In this document: positions 1-13,985 of the stretch, piece by piece
Layout of the letters: every line of letters begins with the position of its first letter
Numbering within the stretch: the first letter of the stretch is position 1
Assembly (NCBI RefSeq): GCF_006345805.1
Contig: NC_042998.1
Span: 139,190,001-139,254,000, forward strand
Reading direction: 5' to 3'
Source: Octopus sinensis
Lineage: Eukaryota
Length of the DNA: 64,000 nt
Notes under the pieces: model-generated
The model's input: only the letters and a program-made list of their open reading frames with translations
Told to the model about the DNA's origin: nothing
Database searches by the model: none
Position numbers and translations under genes: made by a program

Positions 1-582
1 TAAAAACTTGAAAAAAGTAGTATGTTTAATATCTATTTGATATCCATGTCCAAGAAGATATTGGAAGTAACTCTAAAAAAACAAATAAAAATAGAAAAGA
101 AAAAAAAAAGTAAAAATCCATGCTCTATTTACCTTGGTTTCTGGGTTCAATTAGAGACAAAGTAGTGACAAAAATGCTAACATGAACTTTGGATGGTAGC
201 AAATGGCATCTCGAGCTCTCGAGTGCCTATAAAAATGAAAAAATAACATCAAAGTACTTAGGAATAGATGTGACCAGAGACAACTGGATCAACTTTGAGA
301 ACGTAACATATCTGTGATGTGACATAATAAAGCATCACAAATATCTGCTAGCTAGAAAAGAGATAAATATATATACATGTGTGTGCATGTAGGGGAGTTT
401 CTGTGTGTGTATGTGTGTGAGAGTGTGTGTGTATATACACACACACACTCATATATATTCATATGATGAAAGACTCCAAAGATATTGGTGTTGGTCTACA
501 TCAGATAGATTTGTATTATTTATAAAATCTGTAAAAAAAAATACAATGAACTTGCCATGTGGGGGAAGGGGCAGAGATCCGA

Positions 583-712
583 CATTTCAGACAAAGTCCT
601 TCTTCAAAGAAAAGTTGACAAGAGTTGCAGCCAGTTTTGCTAACTTCAAGAATGTGTCTCATTGAAATCTCTCCTGTCACCACTTCACTGAAGAAGCACT
701 TTGTCTGAAATG
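583..712. repeat. 24-bp inverted repeat with decayed hammerhead-like arms (Penelope-like relic)
   Basis: catttcagacaaagtccttcttca (583-606) pairs with tgaagaagcactttgtctgaaatg (689-712), 1 mismatch. Each arm reads (C)TGAAGA-short stem-GAAA. Confidence 0.55.
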
Positions 713-3469
713 ATGGATTTTCCACTTTCCACAGCATGTTCAATGTTCTCTTTATATTGATTTCTATCGATGTGCGTGTCTTAAAAAAAAAAAAAGGTAA
801 TAAAACTTCTAAGATGAAGAAAATGAATTGAGTTGAAAATATGATTAAGAGATGTGTATAACAGATTGAGACTCAATTATATCATATTTAGAACAAGGTC
901 TTTCCAGCAAGTTTTAGATAACTAAAATATCCAACCAGTTTGGATAATTTTTAATTTAAAAACAAAAAAAAACACCCAAGAAGAAGGGCAAATAGGTTCA
1001 CAAAAACTCCTCCCTCCCAAAAACAGAAAACAAAAAAAAAAGAACAAAGAGTATGTGATCATGGACAAATTGGTTCTAAATTAAATTAAAAATGCTTTTC
1101 CTTGAATACACTTTAAATTTTCTTTTTTCTCTAAAAGAACAAAAAAAAAATTGATAAATAAAGACATTTAACAGGTAAGAAAATTATCAATTATTCCCTG
1201 AGTTATCCAACAAATATCTAACTTCTGAGATAACATATATATTGTTATAAGATATATCTCAGAGTTAAAACTTTTTTTTTAATATTGACAACATCTTGTT
1301 TTAATCAGTTTGTTCTCCCATCATCAAGGTGTCTTTCTTACACCTGCCAGGCTGTGTAGACAATCCCAGATTGCATTTAAACTAGGAACCTTCATTTCTA
1401 AAAGAATGCTTAATAACATTCTTATCCACACAGTATATCAGCTAGAGTATTAAAAATGCTATTAATCTTGGATTAAAAATTAAAGTTCCTAGTTTCAATA
1501 CAGTCTAGGATTGTACATACATCCAAGAATAAGATACTCTGTGATTATAGATCAAAGCAATCAAAAGGTTGATATGAAAATACAAAAACTATGAGTTATT
1601 TAAAAAAATTTTTACTTGTGTCAATTATTAGATTGTAGTCATGTTGGGACACTGTCTTGAAGAGTTTAATTGAATAAAGTGAGTCCAAGACTTTCTCTTT
1701 TTTTTTTTGGTGGGGGGGTACCTCATAAGTCTAGTACTTATGCTTATGCTATCAATCTGTTTTGCAAAACTGTTAAATAATGTGAATGTAAACAAAACCA
1801 ACACTGGTTGCCAAGTAGTGGTGGGGGACCAACCACAAACTGATGTATGTTTGTTGTCTCACCCCCACAGACTTGACAATAGTTATATGATTAAAAAGGT
1901 GACCCACCCCCACCCTATGGTCATGGTTTTGAAGACTGCTACAAGCAATGTGATACTTTCTAGGTAAAGTACATTCCACTGGACTTTATTTCACAGAGAA
2001 AAGATATCATTTTTACTTTTGCTTAATAAAAAGGACAACCAACTGAAAAAAAAAAAACAGATTTTACAATATCAAATGTCCGAATTTGGGGAAAACACCT
2101 AACAAATGTTAGCAGGTAAAAAAGATCAATGTAAAACAATGAAAAATATTCTTTCTTCAATTCTGACGTGTATAAATATGTATTCAATAAATAAATATAA
2201 TGCTTTCTAAGATCCAGATGACTTACATGGTTGTGCTTAGCTTTACTATCATGGTACTAAGTAGGCTGCTTCACTTAACATTCCCTCATAGTTCAATTGC
2301 TTTCCTCGACAGGTAAATGAACTGAGGTAAAAGATTTAAGGTCATTGCCCCAAAATACATAGTGAAGCTGCTGACATTGAACTCAAGAACAATGAGCTAG
2401 TTGTTTGAAAACTGGGGGATGAAAAAACCTGTTGTATAAGACAACTAAGCAAACCAAGAGATGCTCATCATCATCATCATCATCATCATCCTCATCATCA
2501 TATCCTTGCATTGTCAGGCCACAGCTTGTAGATTCTCAGAGCATTATATTTCCTGGTTTTTGCTAACACAGATCATCACTATTCTCTTTGGCTCTTGTTT
2601 TATTTACAGAGAAAATAAGTCCCAATTATATAAACCAGTAAATTCAATCAGCTGTATCTCATCTCAACATGATTGTTCAATGTGCATCATCAAAAGAGAT
2701 CAATATCACATATTTCAACAAAAAACTGTAAAGTAAGAGACAAAACAAGCAGAGAACTGAATTTGTTACACCCATTTTACCCTGTTCCCCACATCTACCC
2801 TCCCCAATCCCCTTGATCTCATTTTTTTCTATCATTTTTAACCATGTCTTTCTCAATCATCCCCTTCCTTTACTTCTTTACAGGTTACAGTTTTCTACAT
2901 TTTCTCTTCTCAATCAAGAGAAATTCAAGTTGAAGATCAAACCACATCAACCTCACTTGTTCTAGGAGACCAGCCCAATTCTTCCAATTCAAACAGAAAA
3001 AGAAAAAAAAATCATTTTACTTCTAAGAAAACTATTCTAATTTACTAAGGATAATGACCAAACCAATGAATGGCTCTTTTTGTAATTATTCAACATGTTT
3101 CATGTTGTGGCAAAATCTCAATAACAAAACTCGAAAGAAAAAACTAAAATCTGTAAAATGGAAACACCAGCCATTTAAAAACCCAAATCAAAGAGAAACA
3201 ATAAAGTCAACAACCACGTACTGAAGTTGGTCTAGTAAAGGATAAAAATCACTGAACTAACCAGGGTTAACCAACACCAAAGACAACAGAAACACAAGAT
3301 CTAGTTCCAGTCATTCATTTGATTACATTGTTCAAAACAAAAATTTCTTTTGAGAATCCTATGACATTACCAAAAAAGATAAGAAAATTTTTTTTAATTA
3401 TTTAATTTACTAAGAAAGATGTTCCATTCATAGTTAAACAGGAAAATATGGTAAAGAAATTTAATATTT

Positions 3470-3515
<46 letters not shown>

Positions 3516-6159
3516 CGCGCACTAAGCTAGAATATTTCAAAAGTGCATCAGCAGTATATTATGGCATCCTTAATATTACTACTGTTTCAGATGATGTAGT
3601 ACAGAAGAGGCTGGTGCTAAAAAGCATATAGAAGAATCAATTAATCAATAAAAGACAGGGGTTCAAAAAAGAGTATGAGAAAGCAGAAATACAAGTGAGC
3701 ATCTGAGTGGGGTGGGGGTTAAAAATTGGGGATGAAAAAAAAGACACCAAAGTGAAGGAGGGGAAAATATATCTTAAATGTTGAAACAGGTTTTGGTCAG
3801 AAGAGAACTTGTGAGTAATGGAAGCACATATGCTTTCCAAATGTTGAAAATAAGCAATTCAAAAAAAAAAAAAGGAAAAAGATAATGCGTTACTGAACTT
3901 TTTGTGAACTAATATTATTGTAGTTGATAAAAACAATCTTTTATAATATTCAGGAAAGATTCTACAACAGTACAGACTCTTAAATACAATAACATGTTTC
4001 TTAACATTACATTATGAACAAATCATGATACAATGGTCAATTATAAAACCAATTTTTTTCTCCTCTCATTTTCCGTCTTTTGTTTTCCTTTTCCACTAGT
4101 GCAACAGAAACATTAAAGCAAATGTTGTTGGGTTTGTAAATATTGAATACAGAAATCATTAATATTTTGGTTGACATTTGTGAGTTCATGTATGTGTGCA
4201 TGCAAACACTCACATACATTGCACATTTGTCATGTTGCAAGTAAAAAAAAGACTTATAACTGTTCAAAGTACACCTGCAACAGTGCACACAGAGTATATA
4301 TGAATTTCAATACATCTGATATTGAATAGCTGATTAATATTGATTACTACATACCTAAATACCAACTTGAAAACGTGGCATGATTCCGATGACATAAAGT
4401 ATGTGTAAATAAGTGAAACGTACCTGTGCTGGTGCCACATAAAAAGTGGTTGTAAAGTGGTTGGCATTAGGAAGGGCATCTAGCCACAGAAACCTTGCCA
4501 AAATGGACAACTGGAACCTGAGGCAGCTCTTCAGCTTGCCAGTTCCTGTCAAACTATCCGACCCATGCCAGCATGGAAAACAAGCACTTAATGATTATGA
4601 TGATGTATTTATATATACATATGAGTATGCGTATATACATGCATATCTGTATGCACTCACACATTATTTATATTTAACAAAGACTTTAATACTATCAATA
4701 AACTCTGATAAACTAATAAATATAAGGAGCCCCACTATAAGTAAAAATATTTTGTTTTTTTACAAAAGTTAACCAACAATACCACATAAATGCAGTTATA
4801 CACACACATGCACAAACACACATTTATATGTACAGACATATGCATATATACACATGCTCATATTGATGTATATACTTATGGATGTATATGAATACTTACA
4901 CTTAAACACCAACAAACATACATTATTTTTAATCATCAGACAGTGAATATCATAATCAAGAGGTGGATTAATGAAGGATATTGTCCAGTGATAAAGAGAT
5001 CAAGGAGGCTGTAAAAAATTTCTGAGTGAGCAAAGTGGACAGTTAAGAGGGAAGTGATAAAATATCAACATGCAACTGTTAGAGAGATTGCAAACTCTAT
5101 TAAGAGTGACGAGTTGCAAGAAACAAGCCAAGGATTTTGAAAGCCAATAAGACCAAAAATTATTCAAATGGGTTACAAAATTCTACAGTAAGAAAGACAA
5201 GTTTTGTTTGTGAATGTTGTCTCATGAAAGCGAATTCTGCCGTTTTCAATTCAAGGTAGATCTCTATGTGAGAACAACAAAAGTGAAATAAGGTGAGATT
5301 GATTGCAAGGCACAGTTAAACATGGAGAAGTTGAAGTAATGGTATGGGGAGGTGAGGTAGCTTAGTTAACAGGCATATCAGAGCTGAATTTTTGTTGAAA
5401 ATCATTTAAAAGGCCCCAAATACTGTCAAATTGTTGAAATGGCTTTAATCCAATGCTGACAAAAAAAAAAATAAATAAATAAAAAGAGGACTCTTTTTCA
5501 AAGATGTAACTCCAAAGTCATATAAAAAAGATAGTATAAGTATGGTAGAAAACACACAGAATAGAATCTCTGAAAAGGGTTAATCAAGGCCTTAATATTA
5601 ACCCAAAAGAATACATAGGGAGATATCTTGAGACAAGATTGCAAGATCAATTGCAATTACATTGATTCACAGACCTGAAAGAAGTATTGACATATCACTC
5701 AGTCATTGACAAATTAATTCCATGCCTAACCAATTGAAAGCTGACATCAGTTGAAGAAGGGACTACAAAAATTCTGAAACAAATTGATTTACAAAGTACT
5801 CGCATTGCATTATATTAAATTGGATATAAAGTTATTATAAACTCGTGTGTGTGTGTGTGTGTGGTGTGTGTGTGTGTAAAGAGAGAGACACAGTAGCAGA
5901 AGTAGTAAGTGTCATATGGTTGAAGAGTTAAGCAGTTTGCATGCAACAAGGAGGTCTGTGTTTCAATCCCACAATAAGGCACCTTGGACAAATGCCACTC
6001 TGTAAAGCCACAAGTCATCTGAAACCTTGTGAGAAAAACTGGGTTGAGAGAAACAGTATACAACCTGCACACAGTTGGTCTATACATGTAATTCAAAATG
6101 TGTACAGCTTTGCCACAAATGTATCACACTGCGATAAACGATGTGTAGTTTATTGTCCA

Positions 6160-6442
6160 ATGATTGAGGGGTACTCTTGAAAGGGCTGGTTATACAGCAC
6201 TGGCATAGGCTGCGGTTACAATCGCAGTGGGCTTGCTGGATCTTCTCAAGTACAGCATATCTCCCAAGGTCTCGGCCACTTGTCATTGCCTCGGTGAGGT
6301 CCAATGTTTGAAGGTCATGCTTCACCACCTCATTCCAGGTCTTCCTGGGTTTACCTCTTCCACAGGTCCCCTCAGCTTCTGAAGTGGGACACTTTTTCAC
6401 ACAGCTGTCCTCATCCATTCGCAACACGTGACCATACCAGTG
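6160..6442 (-). mobile_element. RTE-clade LINE 3' fragment
   Basis: WYGHVLRMDEDSCVKK...GRGKPRKTWNEVVKHDL is the typical RTE ORF C-terminus. Confidence 0.85.
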
Positions 6443-6597
6443 CCCTGGCCCATCAGGAATCACCACAGAGATTATCAAAATATCTGGTGATGTCAGCAAT
6501 GGCCTTCACCCATATAGTCAACCAGGGTATACATGAAGGAATCATACCCAATAACTGGTGTAGCAGCACCATATTCAATTGCTACATAGGTAAAGGT
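6443..6597 (+). mobile_element. RTE-clade LINE RT N-terminal fragment, inverted relative to the adjoining 3' fragment
   Basis: PGPSGITTEIIKISG...HIVNQ.IHEGIIPNNWCSSTI.NCY.GKG (with a frameshift) matches the RT domain-0/1 region. Confidence 0.75.
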
Positions 6598-8763
6598 AAT
6601 TGTGAACTTCTTTCTGTCAGTAATTTGCTGTTGTTGTTTGTAAATAGCAATTGAAAACTTACAGTGAAAACAACAGTGATTGAACTTAAAGGGAAAACAA
6701 TAGCATCTGAAGAATGAAAGTGAAAACAATAGAGATTGAATGAGATATAGAGAGATGGGGAGCAAGAGAGAGCTAGATAGTTAGACAAATAAGATAGATA
6801 GATAGATAGATATAGACATAGAGAGGTATAGAGAGATATAGATGTCACTGACACTAGAAAACTGAAAGTAAATATTTTTTTAAACTTTCAAATACGTGAA
6901 TGTGTAATATAAAATGCAATTGTTTTTATTCTTAATTTAAAAAATCAAATGGAGAGCCTGACATGTGTCCGGGGTCAAATTATTCATGCATCACAAGTAT
7001 GGGCGCAATAGTGAAACTGTTTTCGTGTGAAAAGCAAATACACATCTCTATTTTATATTAGATGAGATTGTGATAATTTTTTTGAGCAAATGGATGTAAG
7101 GGAGACAATCAATTTCTGAAAGTTACTTTGCAAATAGTTATCTCCCTTCTCCATATAACCCAGGAATAGGTGCTTTCTGCCCCAAGGGAGCCCATAACGC
7201 ATTATGTGAAAAATTTTTAAGAGTCTAAAACCATCCTTGGATCGTAATTAATGTATGCTCCTAGTTTGGAGAAAATCAATTGAAAAATATGGCCGTTATA
7301 ATATTTTACACACACACGTACACACAGAGAACAGGATTTATATTTGAGATATATATCATTGAAACCAGCCATATATGACCCAAATATTCTATTTAAACTG
7401 GACAGATCTGGCCTCTCACACCTGCCCAGCTATGTCATTCAAAAAATTAACAATTACATCATCAGAATATCAGATATGAGATAATGACAATGTGAATAAA
7501 TATGCCTGACATTTGACACAGTAATCTGAATACTAAAAGGTTAACATGAAATTGAAGTACTCACTGCTTTTCAACAGAGTATCATATTTTTATTTGTAAA
7601 GGAAAGGTTGATAATGTCCTCAAAGTTTCAGCTTATTGTCAGTAGACAGTGATAGTTTACACAGACATGTGAACATAAGTGTACACACACACACACACAA
7701 TTTCTCATAATTTTCCCATTTCTTTTTCCATGCTGGTATGGAATAAATGAAACTTTATTCAGGCACAATTCTCACACCCATATGCTCTTCCTGTTGCTAG
7801 CCCTTACTTCCTGTTTTCATCTACCAAATCCACTCAAGACAACTTGATCAATGTGCCATGCAGTGAGATCAAATCTGAAACCACATGGTTGGCAAGCAAA
7901 CGCCTTAACTACACAACCATGCCTATGCGCACGCGCGCACACACACACACACACACACAAAAATACTTTAAATAATTGACATTAGAATTTACGTAAGTAC
8001 ATTCATTAGTTTACAGATTTTTCAACTAAGAAAGTAACAGAGATAAGATTTAGTAATAGGTGCTGCTATAAATTCTCATAGCCTGGTTAAGTTGTACGCT
8101 AATGAGTATAATTACATATTTCTTGTTCTGATGTCATTTATTATTTGATATTTTGCCCTATATGATACGAGTCTGGACGATATGTTGATATGAGAGTCTG
8201 GATGAGAGGATAAAAGTCACACTGCCTCGCAATAGGAGCTTTGTGGATAACAGTATAATTACAAGTATACTAAGTTTCAACAACCAGTTACTCATTTTGC
8301 TATGATATAGCAGAAAGAATGTATGTATGTGAGTGTTTATTATAACGGTGTATGTATGCATTATAAAGCATGTTTATGTACATGTCTGTGTGTGTTATAA
8401 AGTGTGTTTATGTATGTGTGTGTATGTATATAGATAAATACACATAAAGCATGTGTGTGTGTACATATATATATATATATACATATAAACAAACACACAC
8501 GCACACGTGTGTGTGTAAATATATAGAAACAAATTATACTTTGTTTCCTCAGTAGATAGGATATCAATCCATGATGGATTTCTTAAAAAAAAAACACACT
8601 GACAGACAACAATTATTTACAACTCAGATGTTTTTTTAGCTACCAGATAGTATTGATGGTAATGTTGTAACTTATAACCTTTCATTCTATCAATCAAGGT
8701 TTACATAACCTAACGAGGACATTTTAATCACAGCCTGAAGTTAAAAATGATACGAGAACTTAC

Positions 8764-8820
8764 CGGTACTGCTCTTGCTCCACAGGAGGTGAAGGTGGAA
8801 TGTCTGTGTTTGAGGAGACG
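8764..8820 (-). CDS. FAM13A: FAM13-family coding exon, 57 nt: VSSNTDIPPSPPVEQEQY(R); last exon found in window
   Basis: Acceptor ttcttcttctatccag, donor CG|gtaagt, phase 2 to 2. TDIPPSPP resembles FAM13A TEVPPSPP, which precedes the C-terminal coiled-coil region. Confidence 0.9.
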
Positions 8821-9517
8821 CTGGATAGAAGAAGAATAGATATTTGGTTTGAACATAACAGCAACATGAAGGTTTTTTATCAAATAAATCTTTAATCATT
8901 TGAAATATCTAAGTTTTTCTCAGTATTGTTTTTTTTTTTTTGTTCCCCCCCCCCCACAACACACTGTTGGCAGAGAAAGTCACAAAACACAAATTTTGTG
9001 TCTTGCACTACACAAAACACCACTGAATGTGTAAATACTACGAATCATTGAAAAAAATATAAGCCTACCTCATACTATTTCATTTAGCAGAAAGCAAAGA
9101 TTCATACAAGAATGCAGAATTTCCATTTCTATCTCAATGGTAGTTAAAACTTGCTAAGACTTATTATTTTTAACTTTGCAATTAAGACTAATACATTATT
9201 ATTAATGTAACATACATGCATATCAATTCAGATTCCCTTATATATGTGCATGTGCATACACACACAAATAAGCAAGAGGGGGAGGCAGGGCAAATGGATT
9301 GGAATGAAATATCTCCACCCTGCAAAACAATGCAGCTATGCTTAAGAACATGAGGAATAAAGAATTTTTGCAGGAATAGTTAGCAAACAGAGTATTAAAA
9401 AAAGAAAAGGAAAAAAATTGAAACAATTAATTCAAAATGATTATGGCTGTTAAGCAAAGCAGATAAATATACATAAATGTACATAAAACTAAACAAACTT
9501 TCAGGACTGGAAATGCA

Positions 9518-9554
<37 letters not shown>

Positions 9555-11274
9555 CATGCATATTTACAAACACAGAGATGAGTGTATATGTGTGTGTGTG
9601 CATATGTATATAGATATCTACAAGCGTGTGTATGTGTGTGTGTATACATATATATTCTTAGTATATTGGAATATTCTAACATATCATAATGTAAACCTTG
9701 TATTGTCCTTTTTCATGCCCTGATGATTTTCCACCCAAGGTATTTTGAAATGCAAGGTTATATATGTATATATGTTTTGTAGTTTAAATTGGATGCAAAA
9801 TGAAACAATTGCAAGTGAAGATGTTAACTAATTAATAAATTAATTTGTATCCATTAGATCTCTCCATTTGCAAACTTAATAATAAAATTTGATATGTTAT
9901 ATAATATATTCATTGAGGAAATATTTCTTCAAAATACAATATATTAGACCAGTGTATCTTAGATAAAAAAAATATCCCTATAAGAGGTCTAAATATCATC
10001 ATAGCAACTCTGTGTGTGTGTGTGTGTGTGAAATAAACACCCCAAGGCATCTTGCTTGACTTTCTAACAGTTCCCCCAACCCACCATCTAAGATTGGTAT
10101 TTTATCACATATTTCAAAAGGATGAAAAGCAAAGTTAGCTTCAGTGTGATTTTTAAAAATATAATTTACAACAAAAGATTCTAAAACATATTTCAAAATA
10201 CTAGCAAATTGAGAAACAAATTAATTCAGTTCACATCTATTTATTTAAAAAAGATATTTCCAGATGAAAGCACAAAAGTTAAGTAGAGTTGTCAGGCATA
10301 TTAGTTCAAGAATTGGAATTAGAAACTAGAAAACAGAATTAATTTGGTGTATTTCCTTTTCACAGTTATAGAATAAATAAAAGAATAAGCAGAAATGGCA
10401 ATGACAGCAAAAATAAGAATTGAAAATTGAGCTGGGTAAACAAATAAGAGCGCAGAGTAATTGACTGGGTTATCATAATGATCGTTAATATAAATACACC
10501 ACAAAACAGAACATAATAGGAGAGAGATCATCATGCTACAACAGATCACCACTTTAAGGTGTAGGCAGGTACCACCTAACTTAACATCATCGCCTGGTCT
10601 TTAAGTGCCTTTAGGAAAATCAATTCCATTGTAAGCTTTCAAACCTGACCCCACCCAATTCCCTTCCCATGTTCTTTTCTTTTTGGCACACAATGACTTG
10701 TATATGTTCTGACTGGACATCAGTTGCATCAATCCAAGGATGCCAATAAAGGTTATGTTCATTGCCCATGTTTCTCAACCTAAGTTTTGAGAAATTATCT
10801 AAATACAAATTCAGTGTATTTTTTATTAAATATGTAGTTTAAAACAAGAATAGCATAAAATTTACTTTAAAAAAAATCATGCATAAGGTTTATGCATGCT
10901 AGCTACATGTATATATGCATACACATAAATGCACAGACCTTGTGGATAATATCAACTTAAAGGATATATTTATGAAATTTTGGATTAAAAATTCCATCAA
11001 TATACATTATTAGCAGATTAAGAAAGGAAAACTACAAACTATATGCAGGCTTGTTCTTAGTTTTTAGATCAAGTTACTTTCTCCAAATAGAAAGTATATA
11101 TATATATATTTATATATATATATTTATATATATAGTTGAAAAAAGATTAGAGGTCTATACAAATCAAATTTTTACATATAAAAGATGGATGTGGAAATAA
11201 CACAGAAGTAAATCTAAGACATTTCCATTTAAGAAGGAATTTCATAAAAATGATTTTAAAAATTATATTAAGAA

Positions 11275-11870
11275 AATATTACGAGTTTTGATGATGAATG
11301 TCGCCTTATCAAATATCAGTAAAAATCTATAAAAATTTGAAGTAAAAACAGTTTATCTTCTGTTTGGGGGTCAAGACGTGTCTAGAGATTTTTCACTGAA
11401 GTCTTCTTTATAGTTTGGTATAGAGTTCAAAGCGTTTGAGGGTAAGAGCGGGAGTGTAGTTGTCTATTGTCTAAAAGAAACTTATGTGGGCTCCTGCCAA
11501 AGGGGTGGCCTAAAAGCATTTACTGAATGGGTTTTATGTGTGCATGTGTGTGTGAGTGTTGTGTTGAATGTCCTTTCAATGTTTGGAATGAGACCAGCTG
11601 TGTGTCCATGGGTGAGTATGTTGTGATGAATAAAGAATTAGGATTTTCCTTTGGGTTAGATGTATTCTTTTGAGTGTCTCCTCCTGAGTGTGTGGTCACC
11701 AGCTGTGTATGTGTGGGTGTGTTTGTGCATTGTATGAATGTGTTTGTGCATTGTATGAATGTGTTTTTTGCAATGTTTTCTTTATTGTGTATTTGTGTGT
11801 ATGTTTGTGTGTGTGTATATATCTCTGTTGAGATGTTTTGGAAGAAATACATGTAATAACTTAACAATAT
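11275..11870 (-). mobile_element. Penelope-like relic with low-complexity body and decayed terminal hammerhead
   Basis: CA-rich body on the minus strand. It ends in ttgataa-ggcga-cattca-tcatc-aaaac-tcgta, a degenerate CTGATGA-stem-GAAAC motif. Confidence 0.4.
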
Positions 11871-12028
11871 GTCATTTTTACTCCTCTGACAAGATTTTAC
11901 CCAATAAAATGTTCTAATTACTGGAATTTAATTCATTTGGATAAAATCAAAACAGCTGTAAGTGAACATGTTAAATTTTTGCTGTTAATCAATTATATTA
12001 ACGCTACTTCTCCATTTTCTAGATTTTA

Positions 12029-12029
<1 letters not shown>

Positions 12030-12098
<69 letters not shown>

Positions 12099-12119
12099 AT
12101 ATATATATATATATCTATA
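12030..12119. repeat. Compound (TG)n(TATG)n(TA)n microsatellite, representative of dozens in the window
   Basis: Read directly from the sequence. Others include 3474-3520, 6790-6815 (GATA)n, 27355-27383 (AAT)n, 35950-36055 polypurine and 48443-48515. Confidence 0.95.
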
Positions 12120-13515
12120 TCAGGTCATCCCCAAAGTTCTGTCTGATTTTACCTTTTTCAAAATTGAATGAAATTTAATAGTATTTTAGAATGTCGAATG
12201 GAATTTAAAATTATTTTTATGCATTTGTGTACATTTAAATTAATTAAATATTATTTTACAGAATAATAGAATTAAAATTTCTTTGATTAAAACCCTTTGG
12301 AAGTATCCAAAGGCACATAATGCTTTCTGAGTACAAAAAAGGAAACTCTTCAGCCAAAGCAACTTGAAGCATACACTCAGTTTATGGGAAAGAATGCTTG
12401 AATGAAAGAACATGCAGAAGATGGTTTGCAAAATTCAGAAGTGGAGGTTTCAGCCTTGAAGATGAAGATCGAACAGGATGTCCAGTTGAGTTTGATAAGC
12501 TCCTTGAGGCATTACTTGAAGAAAATCCTGCATTATCAGTTGAAGAATTGGCAATAATGCTTAGTTCAAACCATACAACTGTTCATCAACATCTTCAACA
12601 ACTTGGAAAGGTTCCTAAACTTGGAAAATGGGTGCCTCATGAACTGTCCGAAAGCAACTGCAAATCCTGAGTTGACATCTGCTCTTCTCCCCATTCTCAC
12701 GAACTCATTTCACACTTTTTGGATAGACTTGTGACTGGTGATGAAAAATGGATCTTCTATCGAAATGTTAAACGTTGTAAACAGTGGCTTGGTAAAAGGG
12801 AAAAAGCTCAACCACAACCGAGAGGGGACTTCATGGGAAAAAGGTTCTTCTCTCTATCTGGTGGGATTGCAAAGGATTAATTCACTTTGAATTGTTACCA
12901 CCTAATGCAATAATCAATGCTCAAGTCTACTGTCAGCAATTAGAGTGTTTGAACCAAGCTTTGAAGAAAAAGAGACCAGCTTTAGAGAACATTATTTACA
13001 TTCGACAGATATTTGTCTTCATCTTGTAGTGTTAACAACAAACAAGATATCCATCGAATGTAGATAATATACATAATTCCTCATGCCTTAAATATAGAAC
13101 TGTATCTGCTTTAGTGAGTCGAAAAGGAGTGATGCTTCATCAGGACAATGCACAACCCCACACTGCAAAGATCACATCACAGAAAATTGAAGAGCTTGGT
13201 TTGGAAAAAAATCCTTATCCATCTTATTCTGCCAACCTTGCTCCTTCAGATTACCATTTGTTTTGTTGTTTACAGAATCATTTGGGGGACATAACTTTTG
13301 CAAGCCAGGAGCAGGTCGAAACTGACATTTCAGAGTTCTTTGCTTTGAAACCAAAAGAGTTTTACATTGATGGGATTAAAAAGCTTGTAAATAGATGGAA
13401 GGAAGTCATACATAATCAGGGAAAGTAGATTGATGATTAAATTTCAATTAAATATAACATTTGATCACTTGTTTTCTTTATTCAAAATTCGGACAGAACT
13501 TATGGGATGACCTGA
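12120..13515 (+). mobile_element. Full-length defective mariner transposon
   Basis: TIRs tcaggtcatcccc/ataagttctgtc flanked by TA. Transposase motifs WVPHEL, VTGDEKW, HQDNA and APSDYHLF, with stops, frameshifts and a 122-bp insertion. Confidence 0.95.
12986..13107. mobile_element. 122-bp hairpin-forming insertion in mariner with 7-bp TSD
   Basis: GCTTTAG is duplicated at 12979-12985 and 13108-13114. There is an internal imperfect inverted repeat of about 27 bp. Confidence 0.8.
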
Positions 13516-13763
13516 TATATATCTCCATATAAATTTTTGAGCCAAAGAAGAAGATATCATCATCATCATAATCATTGTCACCATCAATTTGTCATCATAA
13601 TTATCATAGGTGTTAACATCATATCATTTCATATATATAACTTGGTATTCTCAAATTCAATTTTCTTTTGCTATTTCTTTACCACTTATCTCAGTTCCGT
13701 TTTAGTGACAAGTATTTCATCATCAGCCCTTACAAGTTTAATCAATTACTTTTCTCAATTCAC

Positions 13764-13985
13764 TTAACCCTGTAGCATTTAAACATGCTATATCTGCACA
13801 AAATGTTCTACCTGTTTTATGTTCAAACAGGCCAGATCTGGTCTCTCACACCTATCTTGCAATATCATTCTAAAAAGCACATCATCAATAAAATCCCAAA
13901 GCTTCAAGATAATGCTGGATATTCAAAACGATGTCAAGAAATAAGTATTACTTTTCACAGAGTAATCTGAATGATAAAGGGTTAA
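13764..13985 (+). mobile_element. TTAA-flanked piggyBac-type MITE family 1 (also 14995-15177, 29515-29707, 41305-41867, 51199-51427, 57219-57444; partial at about 7360-7544 and 36706-36870)
   Basis: TTAA-ccctttagcatt...aatgctaaaggg-TTAA consensus ends and a shared internal sequence of about 220 bp across copies. Confidence 0.8.

Noticed and set aside
4940-5760. Purine-rich stretch resembling decayed coding or LINE sequence
   Set aside because: No recognisable motif or sustained ORF.
6850-7350. Possible non-autonomous Helitron/HINE relics
   Set aside because: Only weak end similarity; no hairpin or termini could be verified.
1-8763. Expected next FAM13 exon (coiled-coil region with KKKIR.FE)
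   Set aside because: No matching exon was seen; it probably lies beyond the left edge of the window.
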